From: Candidatus Micrarchaeia archaeon | Lineage (GTDB): Archaea; Micrarchaeota; Micrarchaeia; Micrarchaeales; CABMGC01 | Assembly (NCBI GenBank): GCA_049976845.1 | Contig: JBMFHL010000002.1 | Span: 1 to 41,430 of the forward strand | Length of the DNA stretch: 41,430 nt | Reading direction: 5' to 3' | Shown here: piece by piece, positions 1 through 7,917 of the stretch | Layout: each line of letters begins with the position of its first letter | How positions within the stretch are numbered: position 1 is the stretch's first letter | Position numbers and translations under genes: made by a program | Notes under the pieces: generated by a model | What the model was told of the DNA's origin: nothing | Databases searched by the model: none | The model's input: the letters and a program-made list of their open reading frames with translations, nothing else

Positions 1-1800
1 GTGGAAATGCAAGTTTATCTTTCCAAAGAGCCCTAATATCTCTTCCTTCTGCACGCTCACATGCACTTTCTTCGACGGCGGGAAGTTTGGTACATCTATA
101 TAGTATTCATCGCGCGTTGGCGCCTTCAAAACCAAATTGAGAACTACTATAATTATTATTACTATCGCGAATTCTATGTAGTATATAGGTATGTGCAAAA
201 TCTCCTTTATATAAGATGTCGAATAAGTGTAACTTGTCTTAAACATGTTTATGTCAAATGTCTGTTTTCCATAATTTGTAATGCTCCCTTTCGGAAGCTG
301 ATATACTATCGTTCCGTCGCTTGTAATACCAGATTCGTTGTAGCCGCCGTTCAGGCTTATGCTGTATGTACTGTTTGTTACAGGGATGCCCATGCTAGTA
401 ATGCTAAATACAAAAGTACCATTTTTGAAGTCAAGCGATATAGGGTTTATATCTATACCTGCGAGATAAAATAAGCTCTCTGCATAAGGTCTGTTGTGAA
501 AATCCCTTAACACAGCAATATAATATCCATTTGGCATGGCGAATGACTGGTACTTTATTATGTTAATGCCTGTGCTTGCGTTGAAGAAGCCTATTGGCAC
601 AGAAGCAACAAAGCTCATATTTTCATCGTATAAGTCTATATGTGGCTCTACAAGCTGCTTCTGCGAAGCGTTTATGTTCATGCTTATAACCAACGGCACA
701 GTCTGTGTTTCTGCAACTGTGCTAGGAATGCTAAGGGTACCATTGGTAGAGAATAAAATTTTGAAGGGTATGCTCTTTATGGTAAAATTGGTGTAGTTAT
801 ACGCCGTTATGCTTATGAAAGGATATGCACTATCTATGCTAGTGCCATTTTGATATGTAATATACTTTTGAAGTGCAAGCAAACCTAAATATCCAGAATT
901 GTATGGTGCTGTTAAATTATATGTGCCATATGCAAGGCTCTGGATCCAGAACCTGTCATACAATGCCAATGAAATATCCCTTGCCATTGCACTTGCATTG
1001 CTCCATGCATTAGTTGGCAGATTAGCAAAGGCTATAAGCGTGCCGTTTAGCGAGCTTGCATAGCTTATTGAATAAAACCTATTGGCAAGCGAGAAAGTAG
1101 GATTGCTGAAATAAAAAGAGCTGTAATTTGAGGATCCGCTGCCTTGATAAAGATTATAGCCGTTCAGTAAGGAAATAGTTGATGGACTCGTCTGAAATAT
1201 TATTGATCCGGTGCCAATGCTTCTTGAGAAGTTGTCTCCTACATATACTACAGTGTCCCCCTTCTTCAGCAGGCTAATTAGGCTCTCGTTGTATGAATAA
1301 CCGCTGTTGGGCATCATTACCTCAGGGAGAAGCCCAGTTGCTAATATTACTGTCGAATTGTCAGGTATGCTGTTGATATCATTTATATTCACTGTGCTGA
1401 ACCTCTCATACTCAAGCAAGCCATACCTGGCAAGATAATACCTAAGCCCATTTTCGACATCATTGTAATTGAAGCAGTCATAGCACATGCTTGGGCTTTC
1501 CACAAAGTAAATATTACTCAACGGGTTCTTCTCATATACATTGAAAGTGAAATTGGCGCTAATGGTGTTTGATGAGGAATAGCTTAGAAGGGCATAAGGC
1601 ACAAGCCAATTATCCTTGTCGTATGAAAGCATGAGCGAGTTTATCACGCTTGCATTGAATACAGGCTTGCCGTATACTACACTGCTGGTAATTGGGGCTC
1701 TAAACTGCGCATGCACGTATAATGAAAGGCCGTATAAAAAAATTCCCAGTACAAGCAAAATGGCAATGATGATTATGTAAACCCTCTTTATCTTAGCCAT
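1..1800 (-). CDS. Membrane-anchored extracellular, probably N-glycosylated protein; N-terminus complete, C-terminus cut by the window edge
   Basis: Absent from the ORF track because it runs off the window. Reading the minus strand from ATG 1800-1798 (MAKIKRVYIIIIAILLVLGIFLYGLSLYVHAQFRAPITSS...), I checked every in-frame triplet down to position 1 and found no stop (600 codons). It has an N-terminal hydrophobic anchor or signal. A long Asn/Ser/Thr/Tyr-rich middle carries many N-x-S/T sequons. A second hydrophobic helix (YIEFAIVIIIIVVLNLVL, about nt 124..177) lies near the edge. The + strand ORFs 61..474 and 536..796 are its antisense shadows. Confidence 0.8.
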   Translation of the reverse strand, partial: MAKIKRVYIIIIAILLVLGIFLYGLSLYVHAQFRAPITSSVVYGKPVFNASVINSLMLSYDKDNWLVPYALLSYSSSNTISANFTFNVYEKNPLSNIYFVESPSMCYDCFNYNDVENGLRYYLARYGLLEYERFSTVNINDINSIPDNSTVILATGLLPEVMMPNSGYSYNESLISLLKKGDTVVYVGDNFSRSIGTGSIIFQTSPSTISLLNGYNLYQGSGSSNYSSFYFSNPTFSLANRFYSISYASSLNGTLIAFANLPTNAWSNASAMARDISLALYDRFWIQSLAYGTYNLTAPYNSGYLGLLALQKYITYQNGTSIDSAYPFISITAYNYTNFTIKSIPFKILFSTNGTLSIPSTVAETQTVPLVISMNINASQKQLVEPHIDLYDENMSFVASVPIGFFNASTGINIIKYQSFAMPNGYYIAVLRDFHNRPYAESLFYLAGIDINPISLDFKNGTFVFSITSMGIPVTNSTYSISLNGGYNESGITSDGTIVYQLPKGSITNYGKQTFDINMFKTSYTYSTSYIKEILHIPIYYIEFAIVIIIIVVLNLVLKAPTRDEYYIDVPNFPPSKKVHVSVQKEEILGLFGKINLHFH

Positions 1801-1824
1801 GCAAATCATTAAACAAAATAATTA

Positions 1825-1980
1825 TTAGACAGAACCTTCTCCCTTTTCTTTCATAATATACTTATCAATAAACTTTGCAAACTTTTTTGATATAACATTG
1901 GTATTCTCATTCACGCGCTTCACTACCCTATACACTTTGATGTTCCTTATCCTCTTGTTTATCTTTGCATAATACTTCAT
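1825..1980 (-). CDS. Small basic protein (51 aa), hypothetical
   Basis: Sub-threshold ORF not in the track: ATG 1980-1978, MKYYAKINKRIRNIKVYRVVKRVNENTNVISKKFAKFIDKYIMKEKGEGSV, stop 1827-1825. It begins 2 nt after the stop of the upstream gene (coupling geometry). It is strongly Lys/Arg-rich. No family recognised. Confidence 0.3.
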   Translation of the reverse strand: MKYYAKINKRIRNIKVYRVVKRVNENTNVISKKFAKFIDKYIMKEKGEGSV

Positions 1981-1982
1981 TT

Positions 1983-2711
1983 CTATCCCTTGAATTCCAA
2001 GTAACCTAAAGACACCATCTTGTTCAGTATCTGCTCTACCCTGGGCGATGTGATCTTGTAAGTTTTTGCGAATTCATCCACATCTATTGAACTATTGTGG
2101 GATTCTATCCAATCCTGCACCATAGCCATTAACGATTCGTCAGAATAAGTCTGCAGGGCGCTCAATTGCTCGTTTAGCTTCTTGTTCTCCTCATTCAGCT
2201 GTGCAGTTTGTATGGTAAGGTTCCTTGTAGATGCCGTGAGTTCTATATTTAGCCTCTTTATCTCCCTGTATTCATTTAGCAGTGAATCATATCTGTTGAA
2301 TAAGGTGCTATAATCCTGCGAAAGACCATTGAGAACATCATCGATAGCAGAGTCCACATACTGGTAAAATTTGCTTTCATCTATTTTGCAGTATTCAGTG
2401 ATAAGTGCAAGCAAGCCCACAAGATTCTTCAGGACAAAAAGCCTCCTGAGTTTTAAGCTGGTGTCTGGTGCAATCGAATAGACAAGCTCAATACCATTTT
2501 CGCTTATGGTTATTATGTAAAACAAAAAAGGCTTTTTGTGGATGTCGCTGCTCTCAACCCTAGCAAGCACAAGCTTGCCATTTTCTATCTTTGTAGAATA
2601 TATAGAAAGCTGTGACACCTTGGCCATTATATCTTCAAGCTTGCCTGTAAGCTGCCCTGCAAACGCAATCTCTTCCACTTTCGGAGTAATTATTCCCTCT
2701 TCTCCTGCCAC
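1983..2711 (-). CDS. Cytoplasmic coiled-coil protein with C-terminal winged-helix/HTH-like domain
   Basis: ORF track. GTG start at 2711-2709 preceded by a GTGGT SD-like element. Heptad-rich centre (LNEYREIKRLNIELTASTRNLTIQTAQLNEENKKLNEQLSALQ). The C-terminal ~45 aa (IDVDEFAKTYKITSPRVEQILNKMVSLGYLEF) has a wHTH-like pattern. No TM segments. Family not recognised. Confidence 0.7.
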   Translation of the reverse strand: MAGEEGIITPKVEEIAFAGQLTGKLEDIMAKVSQLSIYSTKIENGKLVLARVESSDIHKKPFLFYIITISENGIELVYSIAPDTSLKLRRLFVLKNLVGLLALITEYCKIDESKFYQYVDSAIDDVLNGLSQDYSTLFNRYDSLLNEYREIKRLNIELTASTRNLTIQTAQLNEENKKLNEQLSALQTYSDESLMAMVQDWIESHNSSIDVDEFAKTYKITSPRVEQILNKMVSLGYLEFKG

Positions 2712-2794
2712 TCAACCACTTCAATAATCAATACCCAATCAAACCCTTCTAGATATGCAATATTCAATTACCTGCTAATATATAAAATTCTTTA

Positions 2795-3160
2795 TTATAC
2801 CTTCTTTTCTGCAGATTTTGCCTCCTTTAGCTTTGGCATATAATTCAAGAGGGCGAAGAAATACATAAGCAAGATTACAAACAAGCCTAATATAAATGTG
2901 TCAAGTTTGAATGAGAGCAAGAGCCCGAATGCAAGGAAGAGTATGCCAAGTATAAGGTAAAGCGCTAGCCTCTTTTCAAATCGGGACCTGTACTTCGTGT
3001 ATTTTGGGTAGCATTCGCTGCATACTACAAGTCTGTTGCCCTTTTCATTCTTTGTTACATTCTTCTTAAGCCACCTTATGATTTTTATGACGTTGCCTTC
3101 TTCTACCTCAGTGCCATACTTCTTTTTGCCACATATTATACAATAGCCTTCTTTATCCAT
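2795..3160 (-). CDS. Zinc-ribbon membrane protein
   Basis: N-terminal CxxC...CxxC (CIICGKKK ... CSECYPKY) followed by two hydrophobic helices (LALYLILGILFLAFGLLL; FILGLFVILLMYFFALL). Starts 4 nt after the upstream stop. Confidence 0.7.
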   Translation of the reverse strand: MDKEGYCIICGKKKYGTEVEEGNVIKIIRWLKKNVTKNEKGNRLVVCSECYPKYTKYRSRFEKRLALYLILGILFLAFGLLLSFKLDTFILGLFVILLMYFFALLNYMPKLKEAKSAEKKV

Positions 3161-3164
3161 TGGC

Positions 3165-3470
3165 TTACCCTATACTCAATTCAACTACTCTGCCATAAGC
3201 TTCATTTATCTTCTCTTCGTCAAGCGTATTCATTATATCTGTTATCCTTACGTCATCAATTCCTATGCGCCTGAAAACATTAATTATGTCGTCTTGCCTT
3301 ATACCTATCTTCTGCAGCAACCCTGCAAATGCTATTGCATTCACATGCCTATGCATCTTGTTAAGCTCTGCCTCTAAATTATCTATGTTAATCTCGCTTG
3401 CACCTAAAAGCGTGAGTGTCTTCCTAAGCTCCAACCTATTTACTGTAAACGTTTCTCCCATTATAGACAC
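3165..3470 (-). CDS. Small helical protein, standalone paralog of the C-terminal domain of the adjacent ATPase
   Basis: Residues AIAFAGLLQKIGIRQDDIINVFRRIGIDDVRITDIM align without gaps to the ATPase C-terminus IKAFAQQLVQDGVDKQDIIQFLRYLGIQDVLISRVF (14 identities in 36 by eye). The ATG lies 1 nt after the ATPase stop. Confidence 0.75.
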   Translation of the reverse strand: MSIMGETFTVNRLELRKTLTLLGASEINIDNLEAELNKMHRHVNAIAFAGLLQKIGIRQDDIINVFRRIGIDDVRITDIMNTLDEEKINEAYGRVVELSIG

Positions 3471-3471
3471 C

Positions 3472-4971
3472 TCAATTGGAGAATACCCTGCTTATAAGGA
3501 CATCCTGTATTCCAAGATACCTTAAGAACTGTATTATATCTTGCTTGTCTACGCCATCCTGGACAAGCTGCTGTGCAAACGCCTTTATGCCTATGCTTTT
3601 ATCTCCATTGTCGAGCATAGCAAACAGCTTGTCTATGGCATCATTTGAAACGTTCACCTCTATAAGTCTGCTCTTCAGATTTATCTTCTCAAAATAATAC
3701 TCCTTAGATATCTCTGGATTTGGAAGCTCCTCGTCAGTAAGTATCTCTGAAATGGTCAAGGTATATACATCCAATGGTACTTCTCCGACTATTTTGTCGA
3801 CTACAAATATTTCAGGGAACTGCACTGAGGTCTGAAATGACATGTCTATTGCTGCTTGGCCTACACCAAACTTGCTTATCTCGCTTCTTATGAAATTGCT
3901 GAAGTTAAGCGAGCCCTGCAAGTAATCCATGAATTTTTCGAACTTAACTCTAAGTATAATTGTTGTGCCCACGTTCGAAAATATGGCCTCGTTTATGTCT
4001 GTAGGGTTCTGCGAGGCTACAATAAGCCCAAACTGGTATTTCCTGCCTTCCCTTACTATCATTACTGCATCGCTCCTCTCGTCTTTTGCTATCTTCCACG
4101 CTTCATCCAGTACAACTATAGCCTTCAATCCTTTCGAGCCGCTCCATCCCTCAATGCGCATCCTTTCCTTGAGCGATTGCAGTATGAACAATGCCGCAAG
4201 TGCCCTGAAAGTCTCGTCAGGCATACCTGAAAGATCTATGTCCACTAAGCCAGAAGCAGCAAGCTTACCCAAATCTATGGTGCTTTTCTTTGAGAAATAA
4301 TCCTCACCTTCCCTGACGAACTGCCTGAGCCTGTAAACCGCATTTTCAAGTTCAGCAGGGTAAGCATATGATCCCTCCACCAGCTTCTCGTTAAGGAGCG
4401 CTATTACATTTTGCAGTGTGGGCGCTTCCTTTGTTTCATCAGGCAATACTGCAAGATTGAAGCCTGCATTTACATATGCCTGTTCTATTGCTTCTTGCGT
4501 GAGCCTTCTCTGCTCTGGGTAATCACCAATGTCAGTCAATATTTCAAAAGACCTCATTATCTGCTTTACCCTGTCCAGTGGCTTTACTCCTGTGAGGTCC
4601 ATTATATTTATATAATCCCCTTTGCCCAAAGAAACGATTGTACCACCGCTCTGTTTAACCCATGTGTTATATTCACCAGCCCAGTCTATTATTATTGCAT
4701 TGGTATTCCAGATATAGCTTGCTCTTATAAGTAATGTCTTGACGAAGAAGCTTTTTCCAGCTCCTGTGATTCCTACCACAGCGATATGTGGATTTGTAAG
4801 GTTTGCGAAAGTCCAAGTGAAAGGAACATTGAAGATTTTAGTCAGCCCAACAAAAAGCGAGTTTGTAGGATCGTTAAGCAGATACTGTGCTGGCGGTTCA
4901 GGAGGCTTGCTAAGGAATACTCTCTTAGCAAGTTCATTGCTCATTATATTCTGTATCTTAAGCTGACTCAT
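3472..4971 (-). CDS. HerA/FtsK-superfamily P-loop ATPase, VirB4/TrbE/CedB-like (DUF87-type)
   Basis: Walker A GITGAGKS (nt 4750..4773, verified by reverse-complementing). Walker B AIVVLDEAW (aa ~283-291). REGRKYQFGLIVASQNPTD box typical of HerA/VirB4-type ATPases. No TM segment. AGGTGA SD about 8 nt upstream of the ATG. It sits inside an otherwise all-membrane-protein operon. Confidence 0.85.
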   Translation of the reverse strand: MSQLKIQNIMSNELAKRVFLSKPPEPPAQYLLNDPTNSLFVGLTKIFNVPFTWTFANLTNPHIAVVGITGAGKSFFVKTLLIRASYIWNTNAIIIDWAGEYNTWVKQSGGTIVSLGKGDYINIMDLTGVKPLDRVKQIMRSFEILTDIGDYPEQRRLTQEAIEQAYVNAGFNLAVLPDETKEAPTLQNVIALLNEKLVEGSYAYPAELENAVYRLRQFVREGEDYFSKKSTIDLGKLAASGLVDIDLSGMPDETFRALAALFILQSLKERMRIEGWSGSKGLKAIVVLDEAWKIAKDERSDAVMIVREGRKYQFGLIVASQNPTDINEAIFSNVGTTIILRVKFEKFMDYLQGSLNFSNFIRSEISKFGVGQAAIDMSFQTSVQFPEIFVVDKIVGEVPLDVYTLTISEILTDEELPNPEISKEYYFEKINLKSRLIEVNVSNDAIDKLFAMLDNGDKSIGIKAFAQQLVQDGVDKQDIIQFLRYLGIQDVLISRVFSN

Positions 4972-5025
4972 CCTCCATTCACCTTAAAATTCATTCCTCT
5001 TAAGCAATAAATACCTATCATAAAT

Positions 5026-5853
5026 TCACTTTTGGCTTGCGAACAAGCTCATAAGCTCATTCGTTGTAGTGGGCACAAAATAATTGAACTTGAAAAGCAA
5101 ATAAACCTCCCTGCCTACTACTCGCATTATGTTTATATCAAGGGCGTTGAACACCACTTGCAGTTGATTAAGCTGGTTGGAAAGTGAATCGATTGCAGCC
5201 TTTTCGCTAACTCCTACAGCCACAGTCTCAATGTACATAAGGCTTTGTACCGGCTTCTCTCCCATCGAAAGTCTATCTATCTTTGCCTGTGTTACTCTTA
5301 TCTGCCTTTGCAAATCATCTATGCCCATTTGGCTTGGGTTCTGGCTGCTCATCTCCTTTGAGAGCTTGAACTCCAACAAGCCAAGCTTGCCTTCCAGCGT
5401 TTCCCTATACTCTTGTATATCTTGCGAAAATACAATCAGGTTGTATTTGAAAGGGAACTTTATGCTCATCATTAGCCTCTCCCACTTTGATGGGGCCTCG
5501 CTTAGTTTCATATCCTCGTTCTCTTCAGCCTGCTCCATCGTAAATATATAGTTATAAAGGTTAGCAGTCAAATAGCCAGTCGCATAGTAAAGCCCATTGA
5601 CATTCTTTATAACGCAATTCTGGTGCTTTGGTATATAATAATTCTTGGCAGGCACTATTTTCATATTTAATATTATAGTAATAAGCGGGAAGAGCAGAAA
5701 ATCTGCATAATTTATAAGCAATATAAGCAAAATTGCAAGCACAGATATTACAACTATCGGAATCATAAATGCGCCGAAGCTGCCAGCTTGCAGCAAAGCT
5801 AGCAAAGCAACCATAATGGACGCAGCAAGATATACCATTGTCGTTTCATCCAT
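5026..5853 (-). CDS. TM-hairpin membrane protein with soluble alpha/beta plus coiled-coil domain (paralog of 5858..6688)
   Basis: Two to three N-terminal hydrophobic helices (aa ~8-65), then about 200 soluble aa. Shared blocks with the neighbour: YYATGYLTANLY / VYATAYVRIPVY; acidic patch EENEDMK / EMEDEERQ; KFPFKYNLIVFSQD / KSPIKISTQISVLNKD; late block IETVAVGVSEKAAIDSL / ISITAMGGNDEEAINMAL. A GTGATATT element lies directly upstream of the ATG. Confidence 0.75.
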   Translation of the reverse strand: MDETTMVYLAASIMVALLALLQAGSFGAFMIPIVVISVLAILLILLINYADFLLFPLITIILNMKIVPAKNYYIPKHQNCVIKNVNGLYYATGYLTANLYNYIFTMEQAEENEDMKLSEAPSKWERLMMSIKFPFKYNLIVFSQDIQEYRETLEGKLGLLEFKLSKEMSSQNPSQMGIDDLQRQIRVTQAKIDRLSMGEKPVQSLMYIETVAVGVSEKAAIDSLSNQLNQLQVVFNALDINIMRVVGREVYLLFKFNYFVPTTTNELMSLFASQK

Positions 5854-5857
5854 AATA

Positions 5858-6688
5858 TCACAGTGCCTGTTTCATGGTGTTCTCACTAATCTGCGCATTT
5901 ACAGTTGAAAAAGGTATAATATATTCAGGCTCAATTAAAAGGAAAATTTCTGGAGAGGAGATAATGTCCGCAACTACCCCATATATTGCTCCGATTCCGG
6001 ATGCAATCTCGTTAGCGTGCTGCAGAGCCATGTTTATTGCCTCTTCGTCATTGCCTCCCATTGCAGTTATACTTATATATGAAATTGAAGCAAGTGACTG
6101 CGACTTCGATATATTGTCAAGCAGGTTGTGCCACATGGTAACCTCTCCTTTTATCCTCTCAACAGATTCGGGCTTAGCCGCCTTGTCATTAGTAATAATC
6201 TGATACCTATTCTCCGCATCATTGAGCTTGTCCTTCACCTTATTTATATAATTATCCTTGTTAAGCACGCTTATCTGGGTGCTTATCTTTATCGGGCTCT
6301 TGCTCAACGAAACGACCCTGCTGAAAAGTGAAGAAAAATTCTGCCTTTCCTCGTCTTCCATCTCAGTCGAAGAATTGTAGACAGGTATTCGCACGTATGC
6401 AGTCGCATAGACAAAAGAATCGGAATGCGTGGTTATCACGTTGCCGCTTGGGGCAAGAATAAAAGGCTCATATTCACTAAGTACAATGCTTTTGTTCTTT
6501 GCATGCAGCAGCGGCATCAATATATAAGTATAGTAGCGCATTGAGAATGCAAGAACAGCGAAGATTATTCCTATAAGAAACAGGGTAAATTTCAAAACAG
6601 ATGCCGGAAAGCTTAGTGCAACAACCTCTAGAGCAAAGGCTACTGACAACATGACAACGAAGCTCATGAGCTGTGAATTTGATGCCAT
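5858..6688 (-). CDS. TM-hairpin membrane protein with soluble domain (paralog of 5026..5853)
   Basis: Same architecture and shared sequence blocks as 5026..5853 (see that entry). 4-nt gap to the downstream paralog. Confidence 0.75.
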   Translation of the reverse strand: MASNSQLMSFVVMLSVAFALEVVALSFPASVLKFTLFLIGIIFAVLAFSMRYYTYILMPLLHAKNKSIVLSEYEPFILAPSGNVITTHSDSFVYATAYVRIPVYNSSTEMEDEERQNFSSLFSRVVSLSKSPIKISTQISVLNKDNYINKVKDKLNDAENRYQIITNDKAAKPESVERIKGEVTMWHNLLDNISKSQSLASISYISITAMGGNDEEAINMALQHANEIASGIGAIYGVVADIISSPEIFLLIEPEYIIPFSTVNAQISENTMKQAL

Positions 6689-6746
6689 ATTACCCTCTTT
6701 AGATTTATACTTAGTTTAGCAAAATATAAATTGTATTGTTTGCTGC

Positions 6747-7910
6747 TCATATCCTTGACAAGACTCCTCCTCCATGTGCCATGCCCCCAAGAAACTCAGC
6801 TACTGTTGTAATAATAAAATATGTTATGGTAAGTATCAGCGCAGGGTAAAAGAGCACCGAAATCCAGAATGCACCCATTGCGGCTTTTATATTGCTGAGT
6901 GCCTGCGGCAAGGAATTCTGCCCATTCGGTATAACGCCGTTTGTAATAGCGCCACTCCCCTGGCCATAGTTATTGAGCTGAGCCGTGGCTTCTATGAAAG
7001 GCTGCATAGTACTCTTGGAAGTGAAGAAATAAGCGATTGAGAAAAGCGTCGGCAAAACAAAATAAAAACCTATCGCTATGCCTATAAGCATACCTCCCAC
7101 TGAGCGTGTAGGTAAGATGCTTCGCAGCAGCACCCCAGGTATAAGAAAAACAGGTATTGCCGCATACATTGCAAAAAGTATAAGGTAAAACTCTAGATAA
7201 AGTGACATTAGTCCTTCTATAAGCATGCCTGATAATGCGGCTGCGGGTATGATGAAAAGGAGCTCAAGCGCTATTGAGAGATAGTTTATAATTTTGATAT
7301 CTACTGCAGCACTGTCTATAGCAAGAGTTATGCTGCTATAGAAATACGCAATCATGGCAGGCTCATACATCGCCTTGATGACGCCTTGCGTATTCATTAT
7401 GGTGTTGTAGATGAATGTAAGGCTTGTGTTGTAAGGATCAACACCTATATACAAGCCAGGTATTATGCCAATTATGAGTGCAGCTATAAGCATGAAGAAT
7501 ACAACGAAGACTAAACTTGCGCTCGCTTCATAAATCTCGCCAACTCCAAAATTCCTCAGTTTCTCGCTCCTTGCGGCAATGCCAGCCATAAATATTATTG
7601 CTGCAATCGAAAAGCTTACCAAAACGGCAAGCATCAATATCGGTTCCCATGACATAAAATTGTTGTATACAGCTAAGTTTATCTGGCTGCAGTACCAAGG
7701 TGCAATCGAGTTGATGCTGTATTGGTTCGGGCAGTAGCCGACACTCTGCGGCACTGAGCTGCCTCCACTACTACCCCCTCCGCCTCCGCCTTCGCCGGTG
7801 GGCATCGCCATGGCACTCTGCGATAGCAAAAGCACTACAAGCGCTATGCCTATAATCATTGAAGCCTTCTGCATGAAACCCAGCTTTTCAACCATACTAC
7901 TTTTTAACAT
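6747..7910 (-). CDS. Polytopic membrane protein, member 6 of six tandem paralogs (possible VirB6/TrbL/CedA-type role)
   Basis: Sec-type signal (IIGIALVVLLLSQSAMA), Gly/Ser linker (GEGGGGGGSSGGSS), Cys pair, W-x-P helix (SWEPILMLAVLV), about 7 TM. Family motif RSILPTRSVGGMLIGIAIGFYFVLPTL; nt 7092..7124 encode RSILPTRSVGG (verified). C-terminal tail AEFLGGMAHGGGVLSRI. Confidence 0.8.
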   Translation of the reverse strand: MLKSSMVEKLGFMQKASMIIGIALVVLLLSQSAMAMPTGEGGGGGGSSGGSSVPQSVGYCPNQYSINSIAPWYCSQINLAVYNNFMSWEPILMLAVLVSFSIAAIIFMAGIAARSEKLRNFGVGEIYEASASLVFVVFFMLIAALIIGIIPGLYIGVDPYNTSLTFIYNTIMNTQGVIKAMYEPAMIAYFYSSITLAIDSAAVDIKIINYLSIALELLFIIPAAALSGMLIEGLMSLYLEFYLILFAMYAAIPVFLIPGVLLRSILPTRSVGGMLIGIAIGFYFVLPTLFSIAYFFTSKSTMQPFIEATAQLNNYGQGSGAITNGVIPNGQNSLPQALSNIKAAMGAFWISVLFYPALILTITYFIITTVAEFLGGMAHGGGVLSRI

Positions 7911-7917
7911 AATATCA

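Noticed and set aside
61-796. Track ORFs 61..474 (+) and 536..796 (+) as genes
   Set aside because: They lie antisense to a 600-codon open frame on the minus strand (1..1800) that has a convincing N-terminal anchor and protein-like composition. Their own translations are Tyr/Cys/Arg/Val-rich low-complexity sequence, typical of antisense shadows.
7761-7800. GC-rich simple-sequence runs (also about 25261..25285 and 25417..25440) as repeats or regulatory elements
   Set aside because: They are in-frame Gly/Ser codon runs (GEGGGGGGSSGG; PGGGGGGGA; NGGGGGGGV) inside CDSs, not independent repeat elements.
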